Assembly: GCA_963840935.1 (NCBI GenBank) | Contig: CAWJAS010000001.1 | Location: 706,790 to 770,789 of the forward strand | Reading direction: 5' to 3' | Source: Candidatus Magasanikiibacteriota bacterium | Lineage (GTDB): Bacteria > Patescibacteriota > Patescibacteriia > Magasanikbacterales > GWA2-37-8 | Length of the DNA stretch: 64,000 nucleotides | Part shown: piece by piece, positions 26,862 to 37,900 of the stretch | How the letters are laid out: each line of letters starts with the position of its first letter | Position numbering within the stretch: the stretch's first letter is position 1 | Program-made: the position numbers and the translations under genes | Notes under the pieces: model-generated | Seen by the model: the letters and a program-made list of their open reading frames with translations, nothing else | Databases searched by the model: none | Told to the model about the DNA's origin: nothing

Positions 26862-28299
26862 ATTTAATCTCTTTTACTTCCAATAAATTAGTCGTCCCCG
26901 GTTTGCCTACCGGTTCGCCCGTGACAAGAACAATTTTGTCGCCTTTTTTTAAAAATTTTCTCTTCTGAACATATTCCATAAATGCGGAAATCAAATCTTC
27001 GATTGATTTTTTTGTTGGAAGCAAAAATGGATATAAGCCCCAAGATAAACAAAGTTGGCGCCCGGCAACAATCGACTTAACTCCGACAAAAACAGGTAAT
27101 TGCGGTCGTACTCTACTGACTAACCGGCCGGTATTACCGGTAGCCGAAGCCACGAGAATAGCTTTGGCGCCCACTTGTGTGGCAATCACGCCGGAAAGAC
27201 CGGCTATGGCTTTGCTTATTGAATGATGTGGATGAAGCTCTTTCAAAGGGTCCACATCATCATATTTTGATTTTTCCGCTGCTATAATGATTTTGACCAT
27301 TGTCTTTACGGCTTCAACCGGATATTTTCCGGAAGCTGTTTCATTGGAAAGCATCAAAGCATCAGCATGGTCAATAACCGCGTTAGCCACATCAGTGATT
27401 TCCGCTCTGGTTGGCCTTCGGTTTATTTGCATTGAATCGAGCATTTGCGTGGCGACTATAACCGGCTTAACAGCAGTATTAGCTTTTTCAATAATTTTTT
27501 TCTGAATCAACGGCATGTCGGACATTTTTGTTTCCATGGCCAAATCTCCGCGCGCCACCATTACTCCGTCCGCTTCTTTAATAATTTCATTTATATTTTT
27601 TACCGCTTCGTTTCTTTCAATTTTCGCCACAATAAACACCGGTGCGGTTCGCTTGATTTTTAAATCAGCGATATATTTATTTATTAATTTTCTTGCCTTC
27701 TTTATTTCTTCAGCCGTATGCACAAATGACAAAGCGATAATATCCACCCCGATTTTCAATCCGAATTTTAAATCCTTGCGGTCTTTCTCATTCATTATGG
27801 GAATTTTTAAATTACTATCAGGAAAATTAATTCCTTTGTGCGATTTTATGAGAAATCCCTCAATAACATCGCAATAAATTTTTCTTCCGAATACTTTTTT
27901 TACCCGCACTTCGGCATGGCCGTCATCAATCAAAAGTCTATGCTTTGGTTTGATAAATTTTTCTAATCCCGGAAAATATAACGGCAGTTCTTCGTCTTTA
28001 TATTCAATAGACGCGGTATTGATCACAATCGATTGCCCGCTTTTAATTAAAACCCCTTCTTTGGGCATAAGTCCGATTCGTAATTTTGGACCCTGAATAT
28101 CTTGCATTATACCGACCGGTACGCCAACTTCTTTTTCCGCTCTCCGAATATTACGAACTAGTCCGGCATGATTTTCATAAGTACCGTGCGAAAAATTAAG
28201 ACGGGCGACATTAACGCCCGCTTTAACCAATGACTTGATTATTGCGTAAGACTCCGAAGCCGGACCGATGGTGGCGACTATTTTTGTGCTTTTTTGCAT
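26860..28299 (-). CDS. pyk: Pyruvate kinase
   Basis: 479 aa. Motifs KIVATIGPAS, RLNFSHG and MVARGDLAME are present. Confidence 0.9.
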   Translation of the reverse strand: MQKSTKIVATIGPASESYAIIKSLVKAGVNVARLNFSHGTYENHAGLVRNIRRAEKEVGVPVGIMQDIQGPKLRIGLMPKEGVLIKSGQSIVINTASIEYKDEELPLYFPGLEKFIKPKHRLLIDDGHAEVRVKKVFGRKIYCDVIEGFLIKSHKGINFPDSNLKIPIMNEKDRKDLKFGLKIGVDIIALSFVHTAEEIKKARKLINKYIADLKIKRTAPVFIVAKIERNEAVKNINEIIKEADGVMVARGDLAMETKMSDMPLIQKKIIEKANTAVKPVIVATQMLDSMQINRRPTRAEITDVANAVIDHADALMLSNETASGKYPVEAVKTMVKIIIAAEKSKYDDVDPLKELHPHHSISKAIAGLSGVIATQVGAKAILVASATGNTGRLVSRVRPQLPVFVGVKSIVAGRQLCLSWGLYPFLLPTKKSIEDLISAFMEYVQKRKFLKKGDKIVLVTGEPVGKPGTTNLLEVKEIK

Positions 28300-28307
28300 A
28301 CCTCCTT

Positions 28308-28775
28308 TTAATTATTCATTGCTTTGAGCTGTTCCGCTTGCTGTGGATTGAGGTTCAGTAAATTTAATATTTTTTGCAAAGCGTTTGTCTCGTCATTTTT
28401 ATCGGTTGTGACCGATTGAAACTGCCCGACAATTAAATCGTATTGTTGGTTAACTTTTTTTACAATCGGCCAGCCATACCAAGCTCCCCAAATAAGAACA
28501 GCTAATATTAAAAGCCATTTGACCCAAGCAATTACAGCCGTAAGAGTCAGCCGGCGTATAATTCGCCTATTTTGTTCGTAAATAATCTGCGACCATTTCA
28601 AATTTTTTTCAAGCATTTCTTGTATATCGCTAAAATGACCGGGTTTTTCATCTAATTTTTTTTTATCAAAACCGATGAAATTGCCCTTGTGACCGGTTTT
28701 TTCAACTTCTTTTATTTCTTTTCCGGCTGTTTCGGAAACATCTTCCGTGCCGGTTTCTTTTTTAATTTCCTCCAT
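28308..28775 (-). CDS. Hypothetical small membrane protein (single TM)
   Basis: 155-aa ORF with a central TM segment (LTLTAVIAWVKWLLILAVLIWGAWYGW). The ends are charged. It lies in the operon between pyk and nrdR. Confidence 0.45.
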   Translation of the reverse strand: MEEIKKETGTEDVSETAGKEIKEVEKTGHKGNFIGFDKKKLDEKPGHFSDIQEMLEKNLKWSQIIYEQNRRIIRRLTLTAVIAWVKWLLILAVLIWGAWYGWPIVKKVNQQYDLIVGQFQSVTTDKNDETNALQKILNLLNLNPQQAEQLKAMNN

Positions 28776-28790
28776 AAACGAGGTGTTAAA

Positions 28791-29249
28791 TTATGAATTG
28801 CCGTTTTTTATTTTTTTTAATTCTTTTTCAAAAGTTTTTACGTCTTTAAAATCTCGATAGACGCTCGCAAAACGAATATAGGCCACTTTATCAAAAACGC
28901 GCAGATGCTTCATCACAATTTCTCCCAAATCCTTACTGGATATTTCTCGTTTTTTTCTTTTTTGAATGGCGCGTTCAATAGCGTGAATCAAACGATTAAA
29001 ATCATCAGCCGTATAAGCGCGTTTTGAAAGCGACTGCTTAATACCGCGCTCAATTTTGTCGCGCATATAGCTTTCACGCCGACCGTCGCTTTTGACCACC
29101 ACAATATCCAATAACTCAATCTCCTCAACAGTTGAAAATCTGTATGAACACTTGTTGCATTCACGTCTTCGGCGGATAACAAGTCCGTCGCTCGTGGCAC
29201 GGCTATCAACCACACTGGTCTCCAAATTATTACATACCGGACATCTCAT
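28791..29249 (-). CDS. nrdR: Transcriptional repressor NrdR
   Basis: MRCPVCNNLETSVVDSRATSDGLVIRRRRECNKCSYRFSTVEE is a Zn-ribbon, followed by an ATP-cone. 152 aa. Confidence 0.9.
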   Translation of the reverse strand: MRCPVCNNLETSVVDSRATSDGLVIRRRRECNKCSYRFSTVEEIELLDIVVVKSDGRRESYMRDKIERGIKQSLSKRAYTADDFNRLIHAIERAIQKRKKREISSKDLGEIVMKHLRVFDKVAYIRFASVYRDFKDVKTFEKELKKIKNGNS

Positions 29250-29251
29250 AA

Positions 29252-30487
29252 TTATTGCCCCATTTTTCGCCTAATAAAAGCCGGGATTTCCAAATCATCA
29301 TCAACGGAAGTGGCGGTCTGCGCCGTATCATTGGAAAAATCATTTTTTGATTCTTTCGAAAAATCCGAAGCGCGCGACACTACAGGGGGTTTTACCTCGG
29401 GTTTTTTTACGGCCATTACTTCATCAGTAAACTTTTTCTCTTTTTCTTCCTCTTCGCGCTGTTTGAATTTTGAGGCCACACTCACCGCGCCAAAAGGAGA
29501 ATAACGCGAAACTGTCTCTTCTTCAATTTTTCTGCGGTCATCAAAACCTGTGGCGATTACGGATATTTTCATGTTACCACTCATTGTTTCATCAATAACC
29601 GCACCAAAAATTACCTTGGCATCTTCGGAAGCCGAAGAAGTAATAATCTTAGCCGCTTCTTCCACTTCACTCATTGTCATATCCGGCCCGCCTGTTACGG
29701 TAAAGAGTATACCTCTGGCTCCATCAATTGAAAGTTCCAGAAGCGGACTGGAAATCGCCATTTTTGCCGCTTCCACCGCTCTGTTCTCCCCGCTTCCCGA
29801 CCCAATACCCATCAACGCCGAACCGGTATCTTTCATAATTGTTTTAATATCCGCAAAATCAACATTAATAACACCATGCAAAGTAATTAATTCAGAAATT
29901 CCCTGGACACCCTGACGCAACACATCGTCAGCCACTTTGAATGCGTCAAGCATGGTTGTTTTCTTATCTATAACCTGATTGATTCGGTCATTGGGAATGG
30001 TAATAATTGTATCCACATGCTTAACCAGCTCCTCCCACGCTTTATCCGCGATAGTGGCGCGTTTCTGACCTTCAAAAGCAAACGGTTTGGTGACGACAGC
30101 AACCGTCAAAGCACCCATCTCTCTTGCTACTTCGGCCACAACCGGACTTGCCCCTGAACCGGTACCGCCTCCAAGCCCGCAAGTAACAAAAACCATATCG
30201 GCATCTTTAATCACTTCACGAATTTCATTTTGTGATTCTTCCGCCGCGCGTCTTCCCAATTCCGGCTCCATCCCCGCCCCAAGACCGCGTGTAACGGTTT
30301 TTCCAATATGGAGCTTATTTGGCGCCAAACTGTGGTGCAAATCCTGAACATCCGTATTCATGGCAACAAAATCAACTCCGCGAATGCGGGCAGCCATCAT
30401 TCGATTAACGGCCGAACCGCCGGAACCACCGACTCCGATAACTTTAATTTTGGCAAATGTTTCGATATCTGGTTTGACTTGTGGCAT
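29252..30487 (-). CDS. ftsZ: Cell division GTPase FtsZ
   Basis: GGGTGSG tubulin signature ([42 protein letters not shown]) and [18 protein letters not shown]. Confidence 0.95.
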   Translation of the reverse strand: MPQVKPDIETFAKIKVIGVGGSGGSAVNRMMAARIRGVDFVAMNTDVQDLHHSLAPNKLHIGKTVTRGLGAGMEPELGRRAAEESQNEIREVIKDADMVFVTCGLGGGTGSGASPVVAEVAREMGALTVAVVTKPFAFEGQKRATIADKAWEELVKHVDTIITIPNDRINQVIDKKTTMLDAFKVADDVLRQGVQGISELITLHGVINVDFADIKTIMKDTGSALMGIGSGSGENRAVEAAKMAISSPLLELSIDGARGILFTVTGGPDMTMSEVEEAAKIITSSASEDAKVIFGAVIDETMSGNMKISVIATGFDDRRKIEEETVSRYSPFGAVSVASKFKQREEEEKEKKFTDEVMAVKKPEVKPPVVSRASDFSKESKNDFSNDTAQTATSVDDDLEIPAFIRRKMGQ

Positions 30488-30657
30488 AAAATTAATTTAA
30501 AGGGGAATTGGATTAAATTATTGTTCAATCTTTAAAAAAATTATAATTATTTATTTGAAGATGAACAAATATAGTGTTCAACGTTAGAATATTAAATAGC
30601 GAAGACATGGCTTCGCTATTTATTTTATCGCCTTTGACCTATGGGTGTCAAGTAAAA

Positions 30658-31923
30658 TCAAGGGAATAAAGCGCCAATTGTCTTCCTAATTTTGCTTTTG
30701 ATGTTTTCAACCGTTCGCCCTCCTGATTTGGACGAAGAATATTTGTATGGATTTATGTCAGACATTTCACTACCCCATTTTACCAAGCTAATGGCGGTGC
30801 TAAAAGCAGGGTCGTTGATTTCACCGGCAGAAGCCACAATTCCCAATGGATAGCCCATAACTGCCGGCAAACGCAAGTTTCTTTTGGCTTCTTCCACAAT
30901 ACCGCGCAGTTTAGACCCTCCTCCAGTCATAATCGCTCCGGCCGGCAAAAGCCCGCTTCGCTGGACCTTTTTTAATTCCTTGTCCACCATAAACAAGATT
31001 TCTTCCACTCGGGCGCTAATAATAGAATTAACATCCTTCATTTTAAAATATTCGTGTTCCGTAGCTCCCAAATCCATCAAATCAATCTCATCTCTATTTT
31101 GGCGCGAATCGGCTGAACAATCCCCGTGTTCAATTTTAAGTTTTTCCACCACATCAATCGGGGCCCGCAAACCAACCGCCAAATCATTGGAAATATGGTT
31201 TGAGCCAACAGGAATTGTGCCGGCATGGAGCAAATCCCCTTCCTCAAAAACAATCACCGAGGTTGTTTGGCCTCCAATATTAATTAACACCGTTCCCAAA
31301 TCTTTTTGGCGCGGTGTTAAAAGCAAATTTGATGAAGCCAATTGCGACAATACGATGTCATTGATTTCCAATCCGGTTCTGTATATCGCTCTGGATAAAT
31401 TCTTTATTTGAGATGATTGCCCAAGAATAATTTTTGTATCCACCTCCAAACGCATGCCGGTCATTCCAATCGGGTCTTTAATACCACTTTGCCCGTCAAC
31501 ATTATATGACCTGGGGGTAACATGAAGAATTTCATAATTTAAAGGCGTGGAAACCGAGCGCGATGAATCAATCGCTCTATCCACATCGGCAAAAGTAATT
31601 TCATTATCTGATTTTGCCACCGCGGCATAACCACGGCTATTTTGAATCATTGTTTGAGTGCCGGAAATACCAAGCCAGACCGTCTCAATCGGAGCGCCAA
31701 TAGCTCTTTCAGCGTTTTCTAAACACGATGAGACAGATGAGACGACATCCTCGATGCTTGTAACAACACCTTTTGACACGCCTTCTGAAGGCACTTCCAC
31801 CAAACCAAGAATTTGGATGGCGCTTTCGTTGGAGCCAACATCCATAACCTTGCCGATCGCCATGCGGACGTTAGAAGACCCAATATCAAGGCCGGCTATT
31901 AAATTATCGTGTCTTTTTGCCAT
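30658..31923 (-). CDS. ftsA: Cell division protein FtsA
   Basis: Actin-like ATPase: LIAGLDIGSSNVRMAIGK, VLINIGGQTTSVIVF and GAIMTGGGSKLRGIVE. 421 aa, immediately upstream of ftsZ. Confidence 0.9.
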   Translation of the reverse strand: MAKRHDNLIAGLDIGSSNVRMAIGKVMDVGSNESAIQILGLVEVPSEGVSKGVVTSIEDVVSSVSSCLENAERAIGAPIETVWLGISGTQTMIQNSRGYAAVAKSDNEITFADVDRAIDSSRSVSTPLNYEILHVTPRSYNVDGQSGIKDPIGMTGMRLEVDTKIILGQSSQIKNLSRAIYRTGLEINDIVLSQLASSNLLLTPRQKDLGTVLINIGGQTTSVIVFEEGDLLHAGTIPVGSNHISNDLAVGLRAPIDVVEKLKIEHGDCSADSRQNRDEIDLMDLGATEHEYFKMKDVNSIISARVEEILFMVDKELKKVQRSGLLPAGAIMTGGGSKLRGIVEEAKRNLRLPAVMGYPLGIVASAGEINDPAFSTAISLVKWGSEMSDINPYKYSSSKSGGRTVENIKSKIRKTIGALFP

Positions 31924-31988
31924 AAATAATGTTAAATCAAGTCAATATCAGTATACATTTATTTTTGATTATTGTGAATGCTTTTTTG

Positions 31989-32369
31989 CTATATTCGGTC
32001 GAGCATCTGATATATCCAAGTAATAAAATAAGGAATAAATATTATTAATCCAACAGTAACCGCTCCGATAACAGTAAGAAAAACAGCCCCGGCCATTACA
32101 TCTTTTACTATTTTTGCATAATGATGCAATCTGGGCTTTAATAAATCAATAAATTTTTCAATGGCGGTATTAAGAAGTTCTATCACCAAAACCATAAACG
32201 TTAAAATAACCACAAGTAACCTTTCCGATCCCTTAAGCGGAAAAATTACAGCCAAAATTAAAGCGATCAGACCAAAAAATAGTTGTATGCGAAAATTAGG
32301 TTCATGAAAAAAAGCATACTGAATTCCATCAAACGCGTCTTTAAAACTTTTTAATAATCTGCATTTCAT
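31989..32369 (-). CDS. dgkA: Diacylglycerol / undecaprenol kinase family membrane protein
   Basis: 126 aa with 3 TM helices. The conserved ELLNTAIE motif is present. Confidence 0.7.
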   Translation of the reverse strand: MKCRLLKSFKDAFDGIQYAFFHEPNFRIQLFFGLIALILAVIFPLKGSERLLVVILTFMVLVIELLNTAIEKFIDLLKPRLHHYAKIVKDVMAGAVFLTVIGAVTVGLIIFIPYFITWIYQMLDRI

Positions 32370-32800
32370 ATTTTATTTATTGTGACTGCCAAAATTTCTT
32401 CTTGAATTTTAAACATTTTTTGAGCTTCATTTTTTTTGTGATGGTTGTACCCGGCCAAATGCAAAAGTCCATGAATAAAAATTCTCAAAAACTCTTCTGT
32501 CGGTGAAACATCAAATTCTTTTGCTTGCAATATTATCTTTGGAAATGAAATAAAAATTTGCCCTATTTGTTCGCTTGGATAAAAATTACTTTTACTCCAT
32601 TCAAAAGCCAAAACATCAGTTTCTTTATTTATTCCCCGCCACAACCGATTTATTTTTTTGATTTCTTGATTGTCTGTTATAATGAGCTCGATTTTACCTT
32701 TTAATTTTTTTTCTTTTTTTACCGCGATTTGGGCTGTTTTATTTATCAGACCAATATTTATCGGATATTTTTTTTTATTAATAACCATTATTTCTATCAT
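32366..32800 (-). CDS. ybeY: rRNA maturation endoribonuclease YbeY
   Basis: Zn-binding H-x3-H-x5-H motif (IHGLLHLAGYNHH). 144 aa. Confidence 0.85.
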   Translation of the reverse strand: MIEIMVINKKKYPINIGLINKTAQIAVKKEKKLKGKIELIITDNQEIKKINRLWRGINKETDVLAFEWSKSNFYPSEQIGQIFISFPKIILQAKEFDVSPTEEFLRIFIHGLLHLAGYNHHKKNEAQKMFKIQEEILAVTINKI

Positions 32801-34041
32801 ATTGCGGACGTTTCCTGCTCCTCGATAAAATCTATGAATTGTTCCCCTATTTCCTCTTGAAACACAGGCTCTTCTTCCAGTTCTTCATCTCCCTGTTCTA
32901 CCGAATCTTCTTCCACTTCAGTCTCTTCCATATTTGCACCATTAAATAAAGATTCGGCAACCTGTTCAAATTCTTCGGGCAAAACCGGCGGCTGTTCATA
33001 AATAGAAATTATTTTCGTAAATACAAAACTTCGCGCCATTACTTCCAAAACCGTTTTGTGATTAACAACCGAATTACCGCCTAAATGATAAATTAAAGAA
33101 ACAACTTGATTATTTCTAACAAAGAAATAGACCAAACCGTCAAATCTTTTTTTGCCCACGGTTTCAAAACGACTTACAAATTCACTATAATCCGATAATA
33201 ATTCATCCGCCGGCGCGTTTATGGCAAACCACTGCTCAAATGTTTGGCCATATGGCATATCAAAAACCCTCACTTCAATATTCTCTCCGCTCAAAGCGCT
33301 AAAAAGCGCCTGACTACTCCCTTGGTCCACGCTTCCCATTACCCAAGATTTGGGATGATACAATTCATAACCATAATTATTATTTTTATATACACTAACC
33401 ATTCCGGAATCAACTAATTTTTGCGGTTCAACTCCGGCCGGATTATATAAATAAAATAATTCATGACTGTCGGAATAACCATCGCCGTCAGTATCGGGAT
33501 TGCCCGGGTCGGAAGCGAATGCTTCTTCGGAAGCGTCAAAAACGCCATCCTGGTCCAAATCGTTTCCAACGGGTAATATTTTGGAAGGTAATTCAAAACC
33601 AATTTCTTTGGGTGGGACAACGACAGGCTCTTCCTGAACCGGCTCCAAAATATCACTGCTTGTCGGCGTTTGAACAACCGGAATTTCCTGAACAGGAGTT
33701 GTTATTGTCGGTCTTTCAACAATTTGCACCGGTTTTTTTCGGAGCGTAAGCCAATAATATATTCCGCCTCCAATAGCGAACAAAATAAACAACAAAAGAG
33801 CGCCAAATATCCAAAATTTTGTATTAGAAAACAAAGAACCGGGACCTTTGGCGGTAGCTGTATCCAAGGCCTTTTTTTCATATGGCTTTAAAGGCGACGC
33901 GAATTTATCCAAATTAACGGTTTGTTCAGTTTTTTTGAACTTAACCGTCGGATCGGAACCGCCATAAAAATCATCGGGCATAGCCGCGATTTTTATGTCT
34001 AATTCCGGCGCCTTTATTTCTGATTCTTTTTTCCCAAACAT
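32797..34041 (-). CDS. Membrane-anchored secreted protein with thrombospondin-type-3-like Ca-binding Asp repeats and an acidic C-terminal tail
   Basis: A TM helix (FWIFGALLLFILFAIGGGIYYWL), the D-x-D-x-DG motifs DPGNPDTDGDGYSD and DLDQDGVFD, and a C-terminal run of E/D. Confidence 0.5.
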   Translation of the reverse strand: MFGKKESEIKAPELDIKIAAMPDDFYGGSDPTVKFKKTEQTVNLDKFASPLKPYEKKALDTATAKGPGSLFSNTKFWIFGALLLFILFAIGGGIYYWLTLRKKPVQIVERPTITTPVQEIPVVQTPTSSDILEPVQEEPVVVPPKEIGFELPSKILPVGNDLDQDGVFDASEEAFASDPGNPDTDGDGYSDSHELFYLYNPAGVEPQKLVDSGMVSVYKNNNYGYELYHPKSWVMGSVDQGSSQALFSALSGENIEVRVFDMPYGQTFEQWFAINAPADELLSDYSEFVSRFETVGKKRFDGLVYFFVRNNQVVSLIYHLGGNSVVNHKTVLEVMARSFVFTKIISIYEQPPVLPEEFEQVAESLFNGANMEETEVEEDSVEQGDEELEEEPVFQEEIGEQFIDFIEEQETSAI

Positions 34042-34066
34042 ATTTTATATAATACCGAAAAAATGT

Positions 34067-34888
34067 TTATATCGCCGGTTCTTCATTAACCGGAGTTACG
34101 CTCTCATTCACTGATGAAGTGGCGGTATTTGGATTTTCAAAAAGTTTTCCCGGCCCAAGTGGGTTATAACCATTACGCACTTCGTCTCCGTCTTTAAAAC
34201 TGTCTCCATCCGTATCCGGATTCAAAGGGTCTGTTTTCCAAATTAAAACCTCGTCGCCGTCTGTCAAACCATCAGCATCGGTATCGGGATTAAACGAATC
34301 TGTTTTAAATGTTACTTCCGCCCCATCAAGCAAGCCGTCACCGTCTGAATCCACCGAATCAACAATAAAATCAGGAACAACATCGGTTGTTGTGGTGGAT
34401 TCATTTTCGAGCTCATCCATATTCGCCTCCAATTCTGTTTCCGCGTCGATTTGACCGTTATTATAATCAGGGTCATCTTCATCCAAATAATCTACCGGAG
34501 TTAACGGCGCTTGGTCATCCGCCACCTCATCCGTAATCGGTTGTGTAACAATTGTTTCAGGTGCTTGTTTATCCGGCGCGTTCAAATAGGAATATAATTT
34601 CCAGACACCAAATCCGATGCCAGCAAAAAATAATATAAAAATTATGGCAAATATTATTTTGCCCAAAACCGGTTTGCTGACAGCATAAATTTCCGCCGGT
34701 TCAGAACCCATGCCGGGCGGGGGCGACGTGTGAACTGAGGCCTGTTTAGGTCTCAAAACACCCGCATCAAGCGCACTCGGGCCAGACGGTATAGGCGTTT
34801 CACCTTCCGTTTCAGCAAACATATCCATTGGTTCAGTTGGTAAATTTTCTGGTATTGGAATATTTTTTTGTGGAGCATCTTCAAACAT
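34067..34888 (-). CDS. Pro-rich membrane-anchored protein with tandem thrombospondin-type-3 (TSP3) calcium-binding repeats
   Basis: DSDGDGLLDGAEV, NPDTDADGLTDGDEV and NPDTDGDSFKDGDEV are three canonical D-x-D-x-DG-x-x-D-x-x-E repeats. A TM helix (IIFAIIFILFFAGIGFGVW) is present. Confidence 0.6.
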   Translation of the reverse strand: MFEDAPQKNIPIPENLPTEPMDMFAETEGETPIPSGPSALDAGVLRPKQASVHTSPPPGMGSEPAEIYAVSKPVLGKIIFAIIFILFFAGIGFGVWKLYSYLNAPDKQAPETIVTQPITDEVADDQAPLTPVDYLDEDDPDYNNGQIDAETELEANMDELENESTTTTDVVPDFIVDSVDSDGDGLLDGAEVTFKTDSFNPDTDADGLTDGDEVLIWKTDPLNPDTDGDSFKDGDEVRNGYNPLGPGKLFENPNTATSSVNESVTPVNEEPAI

Positions 34889-34930
34889 ATATGAATATTT
34901 ATATTAATAATTATTTAAATATAATGATAA

Positions 34931-37900
34931 CTAGAGTAAAGAAGGAAATACGCAGGAACACCTACATTGATTAGTGCAACTCTTTACTTGACCAAAAACT
35001 GTACACGCAGGACAATTGGACGGGTCGATATCACACTCTTCATAAGAAAAATTTATCCATGGATAAGGTGGGATCAATAAACCAGATGCGTAATTTATAT
35101 TAAGAACTCCTTGTCTTATCCCGTCACCGCAATAACCCCTTCCGACCAAATTGATAGGATCTGTCAATGATACAGGGAAACTATTTACCGCGCATCCGCT
35201 AGATATGCTGTTTACCACTGACTTACTAACATCCCAACCGGTACAATCCGTTTTACAAGGAAGACACCTGTCCACTTCATCAATAAACATTGTTCTAGCG
35301 AAACCTCCGTTTGACATGCCCGGGTCGCACAATTCACTTTCGTTTAAAATACCATTTCCACAAACAATATCTTTTGTAATAACATTTTTACAATCAGCGG
35401 AACAATATGTGCAATTCTGCTGAGGATAGATCGGCGTGCAAATAATTCCATTTTCGTCCTCTCCACGATCGCAAGCTTCAAATTCATCCACTATTCCATT
35501 ACCGCAAACTCCAACTGTCGGCACAGCGGAATCAGCGATGCATTCCTGTAATTGGCAATTTAAACACTCGGCCGTCCCGCTAAAACCACCATCCGTGGTG
35601 CAAGGTACCGGCGTAGTCCCTTCACATTGCTCACCGCTATCCGTTTGCAACATACCGTCTCCGCAATAACCGCCAAAACCCGTGCAATTCCAATTGCATG
35701 AAAAGGCATTAAAAATATCATACTGCCGGCAAGGCTGGCTATAATATATCTCGAGCATTTGATCAAGAATTGAATCGCTAGAATCATTAATTGGAATATA
35801 TTGGTATGTGCCACCAGCCGCCGCCCAATCATTGAATGCCTGAGTAAAATAAGCTACGCCAAACACATATGTTAATACGCCATAACCGGGGCTGTTTAAA
35901 AGCGTAATTTCTTCTGTAGGGGTTGGTACTCCCGTTGAAGCACCATCGGTTACTAAAATAAGATTAATTTGTCTCTGTTTATCTTCTTCGCTAAAATTCT
36001 CATATATATTTTCTCTCCACCATTTAATTGCTGCGCCGGTTGGAGTACCGCCACTTGCGGCGAAAGTTCCGACTACCCCAGCCACTTCTACCGGCATCGC
36101 AAATTTAATATCTGGATCTAAATAATCCACAAAAATATTTGAGCTTCTAAAAGAACCTATGCCTATTTTTGCCTTGGTTTCAGATTCGGCAAATTGTACG
36201 GCTAATAACGGAAGTTGTTCTTGCACATACTGCAATCTTGATTTTTCACCGGGTGGAGGCGTGGCGGCACCGGAAAAACTATAATTCATAGAACCTGACA
36301 AATCCACCAAAAAGTAATAGACTGGTTCGGTTGTGAATCCTTTTTTTGTTTCTACCCCCGGCCTATAAGCGCAAGTCACGGGTTGAGTTGCGGTTGCTAA
36401 AACAGTATCGCAAAATTCACCCGAATCCAAAACTCCATTTCCGCAAGTTTGAAAAATACCGGAACAACCCGTGTTGCATCTGCCCGGCTGGCCATTTAAT
36501 AATCCATCATCACAAACTTCTCCGATTGAATATTGAATTTTGCCATCTCCACAAGTTCCTCCGATCGCCTCGGCGCAAGTAGTGAGAGATTCGGCTCCCC
36601 AAGCACACTGGCTATTGCAGGTTTTTTTGGTAGCTGAGGCAGGGCACGCCACCGTATTATAACTTACCGATCCGGGCGGGTCGCACTCCTCTCCACTACC
36701 TAAAACTCCATCACCACAATATACATTATATGGCGAGGAAATCTCATTGGCCGAAGCGCAAACTCCATATTCAAACAATACTTTGTTGAAAGTAAAATCA
36801 TTTAAAAAATTAAAATAATTCTGAGGCTCCGGACTTTGAAGTGTTTCAAGATTTGCTCTGAGTAAATATGATTGAGTAGTTGAAACAAAACTATAACGAT
36901 AGGCATATGACGAAGTATTGCAAGCAAAACTAAACCGCCTGTCTTCCGCGCTCCAACCGGTCACTGGATCATGCAGAACGCACAGCCCGGCATATAAATT
37001 ACCGATTTCAGCAGTATCCAATTCACGAGAATAAAACGCTATATTGTCGATTTTACCGTTAAAACTCTCACCCATTTCAATACTCAAAGTATTTGTGGCA
37101 TACGGGAATGAAGGCTCTGTGATAGTTACAGAGGCTCCATTCGGAGGGACCCTGAATGTCTCACTAACCAAATTGCCATTGATATACAATTTGCCTGTTT
37201 TTGTGTTTTTATTAAAAGTAGCGGAAATATAATACCATTGATTTAAACCGAGCGGTTCCTGCGAATCAATGGCATAATATTTATTCGGGTTAGAAGCTTC
37301 AGGGAATATTGCAAAACGAATAGTGCCGTTGTTAAACCTTACTTGTGACCCGGTAAACTGAAGACCGCTATACTCAAGAATAAATCCTCCTAAACTATTT
37401 CCATCTCCATCCGAACCACCCTTTTTAATAATTGTGGCAGTGTTTCTTTTGGTCGGATAAATCCACGCTGAAACTGAAAAATTATCGCCATTATATTCAT
37501 CAAAGTTCCCGGCAACTACTTTGGCCGATGAATCACCAGCAAATTCAAATGCTTTACCGTGCCCCTTGCCGGCAACTGTTTGCACCGTTCCCTCAATAGT
37601 CGCATTGTTACCTATCGCCCCCTCGTCTTTATTGCCTTCGTCAGCCGTCCAATAGCTTGATCTTCCGCTAATCGGTATGGTGGCACAATCAGCATCTCTA
37701 AAACAGGCTTCATATTGATTGCCCGATACTGGTAAAAAGCATGTTCCACTTTGCGCTAATTTATTTATCGGGTCGACCGGAAGCTGTGTGTTTAATTGCG
37801 AACCCAAATCAGACCAGGTGGTTGGCCAAACACTAAAAGCATGACCGGGTAAATATGTATTTTCCGGCAAATTCGGATAACCGCCGTTATATGGCAAACT

